From the human T2T-CHM13v2.0 reference genome, Homo sapiens, in NCBI RefSeq assembly GCF_009914755.1, contig NC_060944.1: a stretch of DNA of 64,000 bases. The stretch is one strand, 5' to 3'. The notes beneath the pieces were generated by a model. It worked only from the letters and a program-made list of their open reading frames with translations, made no database searches and was not told where the DNA came from. This document shows positions 39,877-51,482 of the stretch, piece by piece. Made by a program: the position numbers and the translations under genes. Positions within the stretch are counted from its first letter, which is position 1, and each line of letters opens with the position of its first letter.

Positions 39877-40448
39877 TGAGAACACCTTATGCTGAAAATA
39901 AACTGCCGATTAACTCATAGTTGATAAGCTGTTAGGCATATGTGGGCATATCAACCACACCAATAGGTCATTCAGCCACAGTATTTGTTAGTTTTAAAAA
40001 CAGAGACATAGGGAAGCTCCAAGGGGAAATAACCTATAATCTCATCTCCCAAACACTCCTAGCTGACACTAAAAAATAGGTAGAAAGAAGACACACACAT
40101 TTTTCTCATATTCAAATGGAAAAGAAAGATTCTAAATATAGAAAAGCAAAAGCCAAATTATCCATTTCCCTACCCACACTACCACCTCTCTTCCCTGATA
40201 TCCAATGTTAATAAATACAAATGACTGCTTGCCTCTCTCCTTTCCTATATTTTAGATGTTTATGTGTATATACATATGTGTAAATATGTGTCTAAATGTC
40301 TATATGGCCACTCATACACATGCGTGTTTACTTTTGTTTTTACAGCAAGCTTTATGTTAACACACCATATATACCTTGCTTTCAATAAAATAATATATTC
40401 AAAGTATATTAAAATTATTTCCAGTTTAACACATATATTGCTACTTAA

Positions 40449-40766
<318 letters not shown>

Positions 40767-43278
40767 TATTGCTATCTAATTCTTAACAGCTCTTCCATCA
40801 TGTGTGTGCTCTATAATTTATTTGAGTAGTGTCTAGTGATGACATCATTTTGATCATGTTAAAATTTGTGCTATTACCAGGATATTGCCATGGTCATCCA
40901 CAGGTTTCACTGAGTGTTGGTGACACTATCAATGATGCATTAATAGATTCTTAACAGTGATTGGTTTAGGGGGTGGGCCTGTGATCCAGACCTGGCCAAA
41001 GAGGCATAAGAAGGAGTAAGCTAAGGAGTGCATAGGAGGAGGTTACTCACATTCAGGAAGGACGGGTGGAACAGAAGCTTTTCCCTAGGATCTTTCTGCC
41101 TCTGGATGTTGGTGTTGATGATGTGATGTCTGGAGCTGTAGCAACAACCTTTCTACCAGCTGAAGGCTGAAGCATCATGAACAGAAAGGTAAGGATGAGA
41201 GAATCCCAGGGAAGCAGAGCTAGATGCTGGGAGTTCTGTTCCTAAAGCCTGTCTTACCCAGGGCCTTCTTATTATGAAAGGTAGAGCACTCCCTTTGTAT
41301 TCAAGCCATTTTAAATTGAGGCCTTTCTTTACATGCAGCGGAAAGCCTCTTGGCAGGTCCCAATGCCCGTGCAGATTTCTTCTGCATGAGTTTCTCCTTC
41401 CCTCACTTCTTCTCCATGTCTCCTCCTACTTTTGTGGCTGGTGTATTTACCTCCTTCCCATTTCCCCTTGGCCTATCCACTCTTACAAAAATATTAATGT
41501 CTTCTCATAAAAATCCAGACGATCTTCCATGATGCTAATGACGTTTAAGTACAGAGCTTTTCAAAAACCCCACAAGAGGCTCCAACTGGGGCTGAGCAAC
41601 AGGTTTACTTGGCTGGATGTTTTGTACAATAAAAAATGTGTGGTATTTTCACTGTAGTCAGTTAAGAACATTTGCTTTTTCTACTCTGGCTTTCTTCTTC
41701 CCATTCACCACCTGCTGGATGGTGTAGGTTGGACCCAGGCATTTTGGTATCTGGCTAAGAGGAAGATGAGTTGGGATGCATTTAACTGGGGTGAGGGGAA
41801 CACATTCCTGTGATTCTCCCTCACTCCTGTGCTTAGTCATGTTGCCTCAAACTGTACTGGTGTAGGAGTGGCCCCAGACAAGGCCCTACCACCCCCTCAG
41901 TTTTCACTTAAAGCAGCAAGGAGAGGTAGAACCTTGATCAGAAAATGCCCCCAGCACCTCACATTGGAAGCCTGTGATTAGCAGAGAGGAAAAAAGGTTT
42001 GCAATGTGTGGAGCCAGAAGTCCATCTATGGATAACGATACCCAGCAGAAACATGGAAAATTTCAAGTGAGTGTTTTGTTTTTTTCTGACCCTAGTCAAA
42101 AAAGGAAGTTTTATTCTATTGGAAATGTAGTCAGTATTATGGCATATAAAATAATTAGTGCACCATGCAGTTGTTTTTATTTTTGATGGGAGTTGAATGA
42201 GATAGAATTTCTCAATTTTTGACATTTGTAGGGCACAGATCTGTGTGGTGAAACTACCCATAGTAAGGACACATGTGTGTGAAGCAGCACAGAACTGATG
42301 GATGGGGCTGACCTCCCACCTCTTCTTATCCTGACCAAGTCTGGGAGCTCCACATAACACAGATATAAAATCGTGACCAGCAGTAAGACAGCTTGAAGAA
42401 GAAATACTTGCTTCAGGACAAACTCCTCCTGCACATTCAATGAGCTAATAGATATAGCACATAAGGACATTTTTAGACAATTCTGAAGCTCAGTACAACA
42501 GTGACAGTTTAAAAATGCTGTGTTTGTGTGCATTGTCAATAGAAAGATGTGTTAAGGTCTTCAAATTTAAGTCAAGGAAATTTAGAGGTATTAAAATCTT
42601 AGAGCTTGCAGATGAAAGGAAAATGAAAGAGGCTTTTCCAAATTGGACAACAACCAGAAAAATGTGCATGATATGGCCAATTATGAGTTTTGAATCAAGA
42701 TGTTATGCACCATCAATTTTACAAGTGATCAAACCTTTTAGTGGAAAGACTGCTTTATTCTTCTGCTAAACGTAGACAAAACCCTATGATAAATTAAATG
42801 TCTTATAATGAGGCAAATAGCGATTCATTACTTGAGCATAAAAACATCGAATGAAATTATGAGATGTGTCAGTAGCTAATTAATAAAAATATCATGTGAG
42901 GAAGTAAAAATCATGTGGATTAAGAAGGGCAAATCTGCCCTTTCGTCTGCAGAGTGGATAGATGGACTGATGTTAACAAAGCCAGTGGCAACATGAGCAG
43001 GACAGAATGTTTCTCTCAAGCTGCAGCTTTGAAATGTCAAGCAGCCTCTTGCTGGCTGATGACTGCTTTCTGACTCTGGGCAGGTGCCTGAGGTTGGGAT
43101 TAGACTGAGCCCCTTCTCCCTGCCCAGCACCCAGCCCTGCAGCTGCTTCCTCCAGTCCAGCAGGCAACATCCCAAAGGATGCAGGGTGGAGCTCCCAGTA
43201 CCCCCACTGCCAAGTTAAATCCCTCTTAGCAAATCAAATTCATCACATTTGTCCCCCACCACCCCATCCACCTGCTCA

Positions 43279-43412
43279 TGTCAGAGGTGATTGAACCAGA
43301 GCAACTCCATCTGGAGTAGGGGCTGGGTACAATGAGGCTGAGACCTACTGTGCTGCATTCCCAGATGGTTAAGGCATTCTAAGTCACAGGGTGAGATAGG
43401 AGGTCAACACAA
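43279..43412 (+). mobile_element. MER41 LTR 5' fragment
   Basis: TGTCAGAGG..TGAACCAGAGCAACTCCATC..GAGGCTGAGACCTACT..AAGGCATTCTAAGTCACAGG. Confidence 0.8.
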
Positions 43413-45004
43413 GACTGCTTTCTGACTCAATGGAAGACCTCATTCTCTAGAGTCAGGGGCTGTCAGAAACTTTGCTTATCAGTAAGAAGAACATTCTACT
43501 GCCTGGAGGATCTATATCCACCTTTCCACAGAAGCACAGAGCTACAGAGAAGGGGTTTATGGACAGGACATTCCACATCTGGCTGGACTTTATGGGTTCT
43601 AAGGACACAGGACCTAGGTCCACTTTGCAGACCAGGCTTGACACTGGCTGCTTTACACAGAGGCCTGCCATGCCCTGAGTGCATCGATATCACCTCAAAA
43701 TCCTTTCCCCTGCTCCTATAATAACCTCTTTTCTTTTTTGAATCATCCCAGTTTCTTGGTGTGAATTTATTCCCTTATTTCCACAACCAATAGACCTGAG
43801 TCTGTTGACCACAGAATCGGTGTTGGTGACTGATTGCAAGAGGATATGTGTTATTTGTCCAGATTTTGTGATGTTCACAGTATTTTTCAGCATTTTCATG
43901 CATACAATTTCCATGATTTATTTTCTCTTCCTAAATAAACATTAATTTTTGTTCTTAGTTTTGTAGTGCTAACATTGTGCTATTTTTTTTTTTTTTCACA
44001 GAGAGCCCCTATGTATGCTCCTCAGGCCTTGCACAACTTGGTCCTCCTGTCCTTGTTATGGCAAGTGTCCACCTGCCCAAGGAAAGACTGTGCTGTCTTG
44101 TGCTTCCCAGGCCTCCAAATGCACTCACCCCTCCATCCAGAGCGATTTCTCCATGCTGGATGAGGGTTTTCTAACCTCTTCATTTTCAATATTTTACCAC
44201 TGATTTGTGACATTATTTTTGGTAAAGAAAGTCTTAGAAAAGGCATAAAATTTCCAAAATGGGAATTGAGTGATTTTCAATTTTGTAATTTTTGATATTT
44301 GTAGGCGCAGATCGGTGCGGTGAAACCCTGTCTTACTCTCCTACAAAGACCTAGTGGCTTCAGGACACAGTTCAGACAATTCATTTGGCTCAGAAGATAT
44401 ACCTGCTCACCCTCAGCATCCCTATCCACTTCTTCTCTCCAAAAGAGCAGACACACAGGGAGAAGTTGGGGGGATCCCAGTATACAGCCTCTTCTTTACT
44501 CCCAACTTTCTCAAGGGAGAGAGAATTGTATCTGATAAGTGGCTTAATTTACACAAAATCCTCTCTTCATTGTGTGTCTTGATGGTGCTTGCTTGTGCCA
44601 AAGGAGATCTTCCATTCAGGTAGAAAATCATGAGCAACTTCCTGCGGTGATGTCTTCGCCCCAGTCACCACTCTGAGCACCTCCTACTCTGCATGCAACC
44701 CCTCTCTCCCAGCAGAAGCCTGAGTGACTACACCTGCCCACCCCCAAGAGGATGAGGCCCAGACTCAAGTCCCCCAGGTCATGGCCTCCTGGGTGATGCT
44801 GCACTTCCCAGATCCCAAAGACCTCTGTAAAATCAAGTCCAAGTGGAGATGAAATGGATGTAGATGCTCTCCACTCTCCCCGTCTCCTGGTGCAGGCCCT
44901 CAGAAGAGACCTCCCCCAGGGCAGGAGCCACCAGTTCAAGGGTGAGAGCAGTATAGTGGTGTGGGAGTAGGAGGTGGTTGGTGCAGTTGGCCTGGTACAA
45001 ACTC

Positions 45005-46341
45005 CTAGACATTCTGACATGTGGATTTCACCAAAGATATTCTGTCATCCCAAGGAACTTCACAGATCTGGAAAGAGCAGAACTGTTTCTGTGAAAGGAA
45101 AGAGAGAGGGACAATCAGTGTGGGTTGCACTAAAGCGGTAGATGCCCAGGCATGAGACATCAGAGTGGGGGCAAGCATGGATGGAGGTGAGACACTGTGC
45201 CCCCCACCTGCTCCTGCTGAGACCCAGAGCACTGAACCAAACTGTGCAGAGATGACTCCATTCCCCCTCTCAGGTGGGGATGGAAGGCTCCAGGTCACCA
45301 GGTGGCATTGCCCCCATTTCCAGCCTGCAGGGTTCCTGCCCCAGCACAGCCCTGTGAGGAGCAGCCTGTGCAAGGTCTCGGGAGCCCCAAGAGTGCAGGA
45401 CAGGGGGAGGCAGCTCACTGCCCCCAGCTCCTTCCAACTCCTGTGTCCAGGCTGGCACTAAGAAGGGTCAGAGGGAAGAACCCAGGGCAGGGCAATTCCC
45501 CCTCAAAGAGCTGGGGCATGGGGAGGCGGCGACAAGGGGAGTGAGGCTCTTCCCTGAGTGGAGACCTCATAGGAACCAGCAGGTCCTTGGAGAGGCTTGT
45601 GTTTGGTGAGTGGGGCAGGTCCAGGGCTTTTCAGCTAACAGGCATCTAGGTCCCCCTAATCTGCTTAGCATGGCTATAGCTGTGGGCATGTGCCTGAGGC
45701 TGGGAGGAGGGGACCACCCTTGAATTGGTGGTTCCTGCCCTGGGGGAGGTCTCCTCTGCAGGCCTGCACCAGGAGACAGGCAGAGAAGGCATCAGGAGGC
45801 TTTTTTGCACAGCAGAGCCCCATCTTCCTGTCCAGCACCCAGCCCTGCAGCTGTTTCCTATAGTTCAGCAGGCAACAACCCAAAGTACACAGGGTGGAGC
45901 TCCCAGTACCCCTATTCCCAAGCTGAAGCCCTCTTAGCAAATCAAATTCATCACCCCTCTCCACAGCACCTCACCTACATGCACACACATAGGCATTTAC
46001 ATGAACTCACCCCAACCCTCATCTACATGGATCTATGCAAAAACCTCCATACTTCCCCCACACAGCCACATGCACACACACACTCCCGTGCACCCCCCAC
46101 ACACTTGCACGTGTACACATACACCTTTCCATGAGCAAAACCACACCTGCACACCTACTCACATGTACATGCACAAACATATAACTTCATATGCACACAC
46201 ATCCATGTCCCTCCCAATACACATCTGCCCGTGTGTGCACAAACACACATGCATCTCTCCACATACATGTACCCATGCCTGCATGCCCTGCTCTAGGCAT
46301 ACCGATGCGCTTACACATATACCCTTCAAAACATGTGAAGG

Positions 46342-46374
<33 letters not shown>

Positions 46375-46530
46375 CTGCAGTGTGCAACTGTCCCCTGACC
46401 CACATCAGGCACATACCTCCTGAAGTTTTCGCTGGTGATGGAAGGAACAGTTGTCCAAGTTGGGCTGGGACTTGGCACATGTGATTTGCCCCATCTCCAC
46501 ATCAAAGAAGTAGTTCATTGCAGCCACGAC
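45005..46530 (-). pseudogene. Unprocessed type-2 cystatin pseudogene retaining exon 2 (46417-46530) and exon 3 (45005-45088); exon 1 deleted
   Basis: Exon 2 VVAAMNYFFDVEMGQITCAKSQPNLDNCSFHHQRKLQE; exon 3 KQFCSFQICEVPWDDRISLVKSTCQNV*. Same exon sizes (114/84) and GT-AG sites as CST2. Intron-1 homology jumps to promoter-distal homology at about 47737. Confidence 0.92.
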
Positions 46531-46950
46531 CTACTCACGTGAAAGAGCAGGATGCACGGACAGTGCTCTCCATCAGTTTCATGCACACACAGGCACTTCA
46601 CTATGACTGAGTCACGGGAGTTGCCTGGGGCTTCATTCCTGCCTTCATGAGCTGCCCACACTGCCACCTGCAAGGCACACAGTCACCTCCTGCCGGATGG
46701 CAGGGGTGATATGCCCCAGGCCTCCCTGGTAACTTGTTTTCTCTGTGCCAGTGCAAAGGATTAACTGAATTCTGCTGGCCCAAGGGGCAGGGACCCTGTA
46801 TTTCTTCTAGGAAGGCTGTCATCTGATGATGAAATTTCAGCTAACTTCCAGTTTCTAGACTTCAGCCCATTGAGCATCTTATTTCCTCCATTTAACTCAG
46901 ATTTGTTTATTCCCTCATTTAGCAGTAGGAGATGAGAAGCTTCACACAAA

Positions 46951-47164
46951 TGGATGTTTTAGGCCAACAAGAGACTTCCTCTCTAGTGCCTCCATTCTGA
47001 GTGGTTGTTTTAGGCCAATAGGAGACGTCCTATCTAATGCCTTCATTCTGAGTGGATGTTTTAGGCCAATAGGAGACTTCCTCTCTAATGCCGCCATTCT
47101 GAGTGGATGTTTTAGGCCAAAAGGAGACTTCCTCTCTAATGCCTCCATTCTGAGTGGATTTTTG
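46951..47164. repeat. Minisatellite, 51-bp unit x ~4.2
   Basis: Unit TGGATGTTTTAGGCCAATAGGAGACTTCCTCTCTAATGCCTCCATTCTGAG. Confidence 0.95.
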
Positions 47165-48473
47165 GCTCCAGTATTTCTAGGGTCACACACCCACATGTCT
47201 TAAACTTGCTATTGCAGAAGAGAATTGAATGCTTTCCCTGCACAGGGCATCCTCGAGACGCAACTTGTCAGAACTGGGGAGAAGCACAGGAGAAGGAGCC
47301 CTGGGAACCAGGCTGCAGAACCAAGAGGAAGTTGTGTGTTCTCTAGGGCATCAGTCTCCCCATCTGTAAATTAGGATCCTGGGCCCAATAATTCACATCA
47401 TCCACTGCTTCACTCTGAGTTACTGTCAGACTTCAGAGAGACGTGCAGGCCAGGAGGAACTGTGGCACCAGAGAATGCACCTCATGTGCAGGCAGAGAGC
47501 ACCAGCTGATGGCTGCAGGAGGAGAAAAGAGGCTGGTCTGGACACCAATGAATTTCTAAGAGAAAGTAGGGGACCTCTAAAGTCTGTGTCACTGTTCGCT
47601 GCTCTGCCACGGGATGCACGTCAAGCTGAGCCTGGTAGCCCTGCTGAAGCTACCCCCCCGCCCCACCCCCCAATCTGACCCCCTCCTCCACTCTGCTGGG
47701 TGACTGCTGTCCTCATCTGGCTGAGGTCTAACTCTGCCCCGCCCATAACCTCCATCTCTGCCTAAGTTCCCCCTGCCCCTCCGCCCCTGCCCCTCCATCC
47801 CGCAGTCTGCTCCTCCGTCTCCCCCTCCTCCTCACTACTCTCCTCACTCCCACCCCTTTTCCAGCCCTGCCCCTCCTCCCCATTGCTCCCAAGCTGGCTC
47901 ACAATTGTCTGCAGAGAGGGCACACTGCTCCCTGGGCTGTGAAAGTATAATGACCTCCTGTTTCCTCAGAAAAGGGAAAAGTCCAGGGCGCTCCTGGGAT
48001 CTTCAGTGTTCAGAGGCATCAGTGAAAGCTTGGTCACGGTCTGGCAATCCATGAAACAGAGAGATGATTTCAGGAGCTCCTGGAAGGCTTATTCCACATC
48101 CTGCTCTGGGGAATTTCTTTGCCAGACATAAGAGAATTAATGTTTTGCGAAAGGTCATTAGGTTATTTTTCCATAAGTCCTCATTATTCAATACACAAAC
48201 TCTTCATCAGCTCCTCCGGGTACCACGTGGTCTAGGACCTGGAGATGGAGCACGGATGACCGAGCCATGGACAGAGAGGTGACACAAACCCATGAGCACT
48301 TTTCAGTTTTATAATAGACACATTAAAAAAGGAAAAAGAAACAGAGGGAGTGATTTTAATAGTATTTCTTGTTTAACCTAATATATCCAAAATATTATTT
48401 CAATCCATGGGAACAGTTGTTAATGAGATAGTTTACATTCTTTTGAATGTGTGTAAGTCTTTGAAATTCCCTG

Positions 48474-48505
<32 letters not shown>

Positions 48506-49489
48506 TTAGACCGAATGTCATTTTGGACTGGCCTCATTTTCAGTGACCCATGGCCACATGTGGCTGGTGGCAGTGGTTCTGCTCCTTAGGGTATGGAGGA
48601 TGAGAAAGCGATAATCAATAATTAATATCAGGAAATTAGTCTCTCTGTTGGAAGTGAAAGAGTATGAGGTAGAGACAGATGGAGCCACTGGACCCTGGTC
48701 AGGGAGACTGGAAAGGTGAGAAGCCCTGTCTAGACAGGAAGCAGAGCTCCAGGCAGCGGGAACAGCCAGTGCAAAGGCCCTGAGGCGGGGCTGAGCATGC
48801 CTGCTCCAAGAAGAGGAAGCTCCTGGGGCGGGTGTGAGCAGGGAAGGGAATGACCTGGAGTCTCAGGGTAACTGCCGGTGGGGCCCGGTGGGAGGTGCAG
48901 GGAGACTCCTGGCAGGTGGTGGGGGTGTCAGGAGAGGGAGCAGCAGCCGCGGGATGAATGTGGGAGCCCACGGGTATCTCTTGTTCCTCCCCTCAGGGAG
49001 CCATGCTGCCGGCACTGGTCCTCTGTGCACTACTTGGAAAACTCACCTGATTTTTAAAAATTGCCTTGAATGAGGTAGAATTTACATACAATAAGATGCC
49101 TAATTGTATATGTGTAACCTGGGGGATTTATTTATTTTTATGGATTTTGGGGTACAGATGTAGTTGCATTATGTGGATATATTGCATAGAGGTGAAATCT
49201 GGGCTTTTAGGGTACCCATTACCAGATAATGTACATTATATCCACTAGGTGATATTTCACATTCACCACCATCCCACTCTCCCACCTTTGAGCCTCCACT
49301 GTCTATCATTCCACTCTGCATGTCCGTGAGTACCCATTGTTTAGCTCCCACTTACAAGTGAGAGCATGTAGTTTTTGATTTTCAGTTTGAGTCACTTCAA
49401 TAAGGGTAATGGCCCCCAGCTCCATATATGTTGCTGCAAAAAAAAAAACATAATTTCATTCATTTTTGTGGCTGAGTGGTATTCCATGG

Positions 49490-49739
49490 TGTGTATATAT
49501 ATATATGTGTGTGTGTGTGTATATATATATATATTTATATATATATATGGAGTAGTATTGGAGATATATATATACATATGTATATATATACGCACATATG
49601 GATATATATATATGGAGTAGTATTGGACATATATGTGTGTGTGTGTATGTGTATATATATATATATATATGGAGTAGTATTGGACATATATGTGTGTGTG
49701 GGTGTGTGTGTGTATATATAGATATATATATGGAGTAGT

Positions 49740-49771
<32 letters not shown>
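49490..49771. repeat. Compound (TA)n/(TG)n array with 4 copies of TATGGAGTAGTATT
   Basis: Direct read. Confidence 0.9.
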
Positions 49772-50065
49772 CACCTTGTTTTATCCACCTGTCCATCTGT
49801 CCATTGATACCATGACTTTGCTATTGTGAAAAGTGCTGCAAGAAACATACAAGTGCAGGTGTCATTTTTACATAATGATTTCTTTTTAGGGGGGTACCTA
49901 TCCAGTAGTGGAATTGCTGGATCACAGGGCAGTTCTAGTGTTAGTTGTTTGAGAAATCATCATACCGTTTTCTATAGAGGTTGTACTAACGTACACTTCC
50001 ACCAACAGTGCATAATTTTTTTCTTTTCCCCACATCTTCTCCAATGTCTATTGTTTTTTGACTTT

Positions 50066-51310
50066 CTTTTGAGACAGGGTCTCACACTCTTACCCAGGCT
50101 GAAAGGCAGTGACATGATCATACCTAACTATAGCCTCAAATTCCTGGGCTCAAATGATCCACTTGCCTCAGCCTCCTGAGTAGCTAGGACTACAGGCCCA
50201 TGGCAAGACATTTTTATTTTTTGTAGAGACAGGGTTTCACTATTTTGTCCAGGTTGGTCTTGAACTCCTGGCCCCAAGCAATCCTCCCATTTTGGCCTGT
50301 CAAAGTGCTGTGATTTGAAGGGGTGGGTTACCCCCCCACACACCTGTGGGTGTTTCTCGCAAGGTGGAACGAGAGACTTGGAAAAGAAAAAGACACAGAG
50401 ACAAAGTATAGAGAAAGAAATAAGGGAACCCGGGGAACCAGCGTTCAGCATATGGAGGATCCCGCCAGCCTCTGAGTTCCCTTAGTATTTATTGATCATT
50501 CGTGGGTGTTTCTCTGAGAGGGGGATGTGTCAGGGTCTCAAGACTATAGTGGGGAGTGGGTCAGCAGACAAACATGTGAACAAAGGTCTTTGCATCATAG
50601 ACAAGGTAAAGGATTAAGTGCTGTGCTTTTAGATATGCATACACATAAACATCTCAATGCTTTACAAAGCAGTATCGCTGCCGGCATGTCCCACCTCCAG
50701 CCCTAAGGCGGTTTTTCCCTATCTCAGTAGATGGAATGTACAATCGGGTTTTATACTGAGACATTCCATTGCCCAGGGACGGGCAGGAGACAGATGCCTT
50801 CCTCTTGTCTCAACTGCAAGAGGCATGCCTTCCTCTTATACTAATCCTCCTTAGCACAGACCCTTTACGGGTGTCGGGCTGGGGGACGGTCAGGTCTTTC
50901 CCTTCCCACGACGCCATATTTCAGACTATCATATGGGGAGAAACTTTGGACAATACCTGGCTTTCCTAGGCAGAGGTCCCTGTGGCCTTCCGCAGTTTTT
51001 GTGTCCCTGGGTACTTGAGATTAGGGAGTGGTGATGACTCTTAAGGAGCGTGCTGCCTTCAAGCATCTGTTTAACAAAGCATATCTTGCACCGCCCTTAA
51101 TCCATTTAACCCTGCGTTTGACACAGCACATGTTTCAGAGAGCACGGGGTTGGGGGTAAGCTCACGGAATCTCAAGGCAGAAGAGTTTTTCTTAGTACAT
51201 AACAAAATGGAGTCTCCCATGTCTACTTCTTTCTACACAGACACAGTGACAATCTGATCTCTCTTGCTTTTCCCCACAGTGATTATAGACATGAACCACT
51301 GCACTCTGCT
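50066..51310 (-). mobile_element. AluJ-like element split by an LTR5
   Basis: GAGACAGGGTCTC..CTGGGCTCAA..CAAAGTGCTGTGATT|LTR|GTGATTATAGACATGAACCAC. Confidence 0.85.
50316..51278 (-). mobile_element. Solo HERV-K(HML-2) LTR5 (LTR5B/LTR5_Hs-like)
   Basis: Reverse complement TGTGGGGAAAAGCAAGAGAGATCAG...CCCACCCCTTCA; perfect TSD GTGATT. Confidence 0.93.
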
Positions 51311-51482
51311 GTCTTTTGACATTTAATAACACCCTTTCTCCCTGGTGTACAATGATATTTCATTGTGGTTTCAATTTGCATTTCTCAGATATTTAGTGAT
51401 GTTGAGCATTTTTTTCATGTTTGTTTGCCACTTGTATGTCTTCTTTTGAAAAATATCTGTTCGTGTCCTATGCCCACTTTTT

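Larger units (their letters stand above)
42115..49115. repeat. Cystatin duplicon, copy 2 (3' flank, exons 3-2, partial intron 1, upstream flank)
   Basis: Colinear with 9342-11800, 13590-15672 and 16557-17915. Confidence 0.92.
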
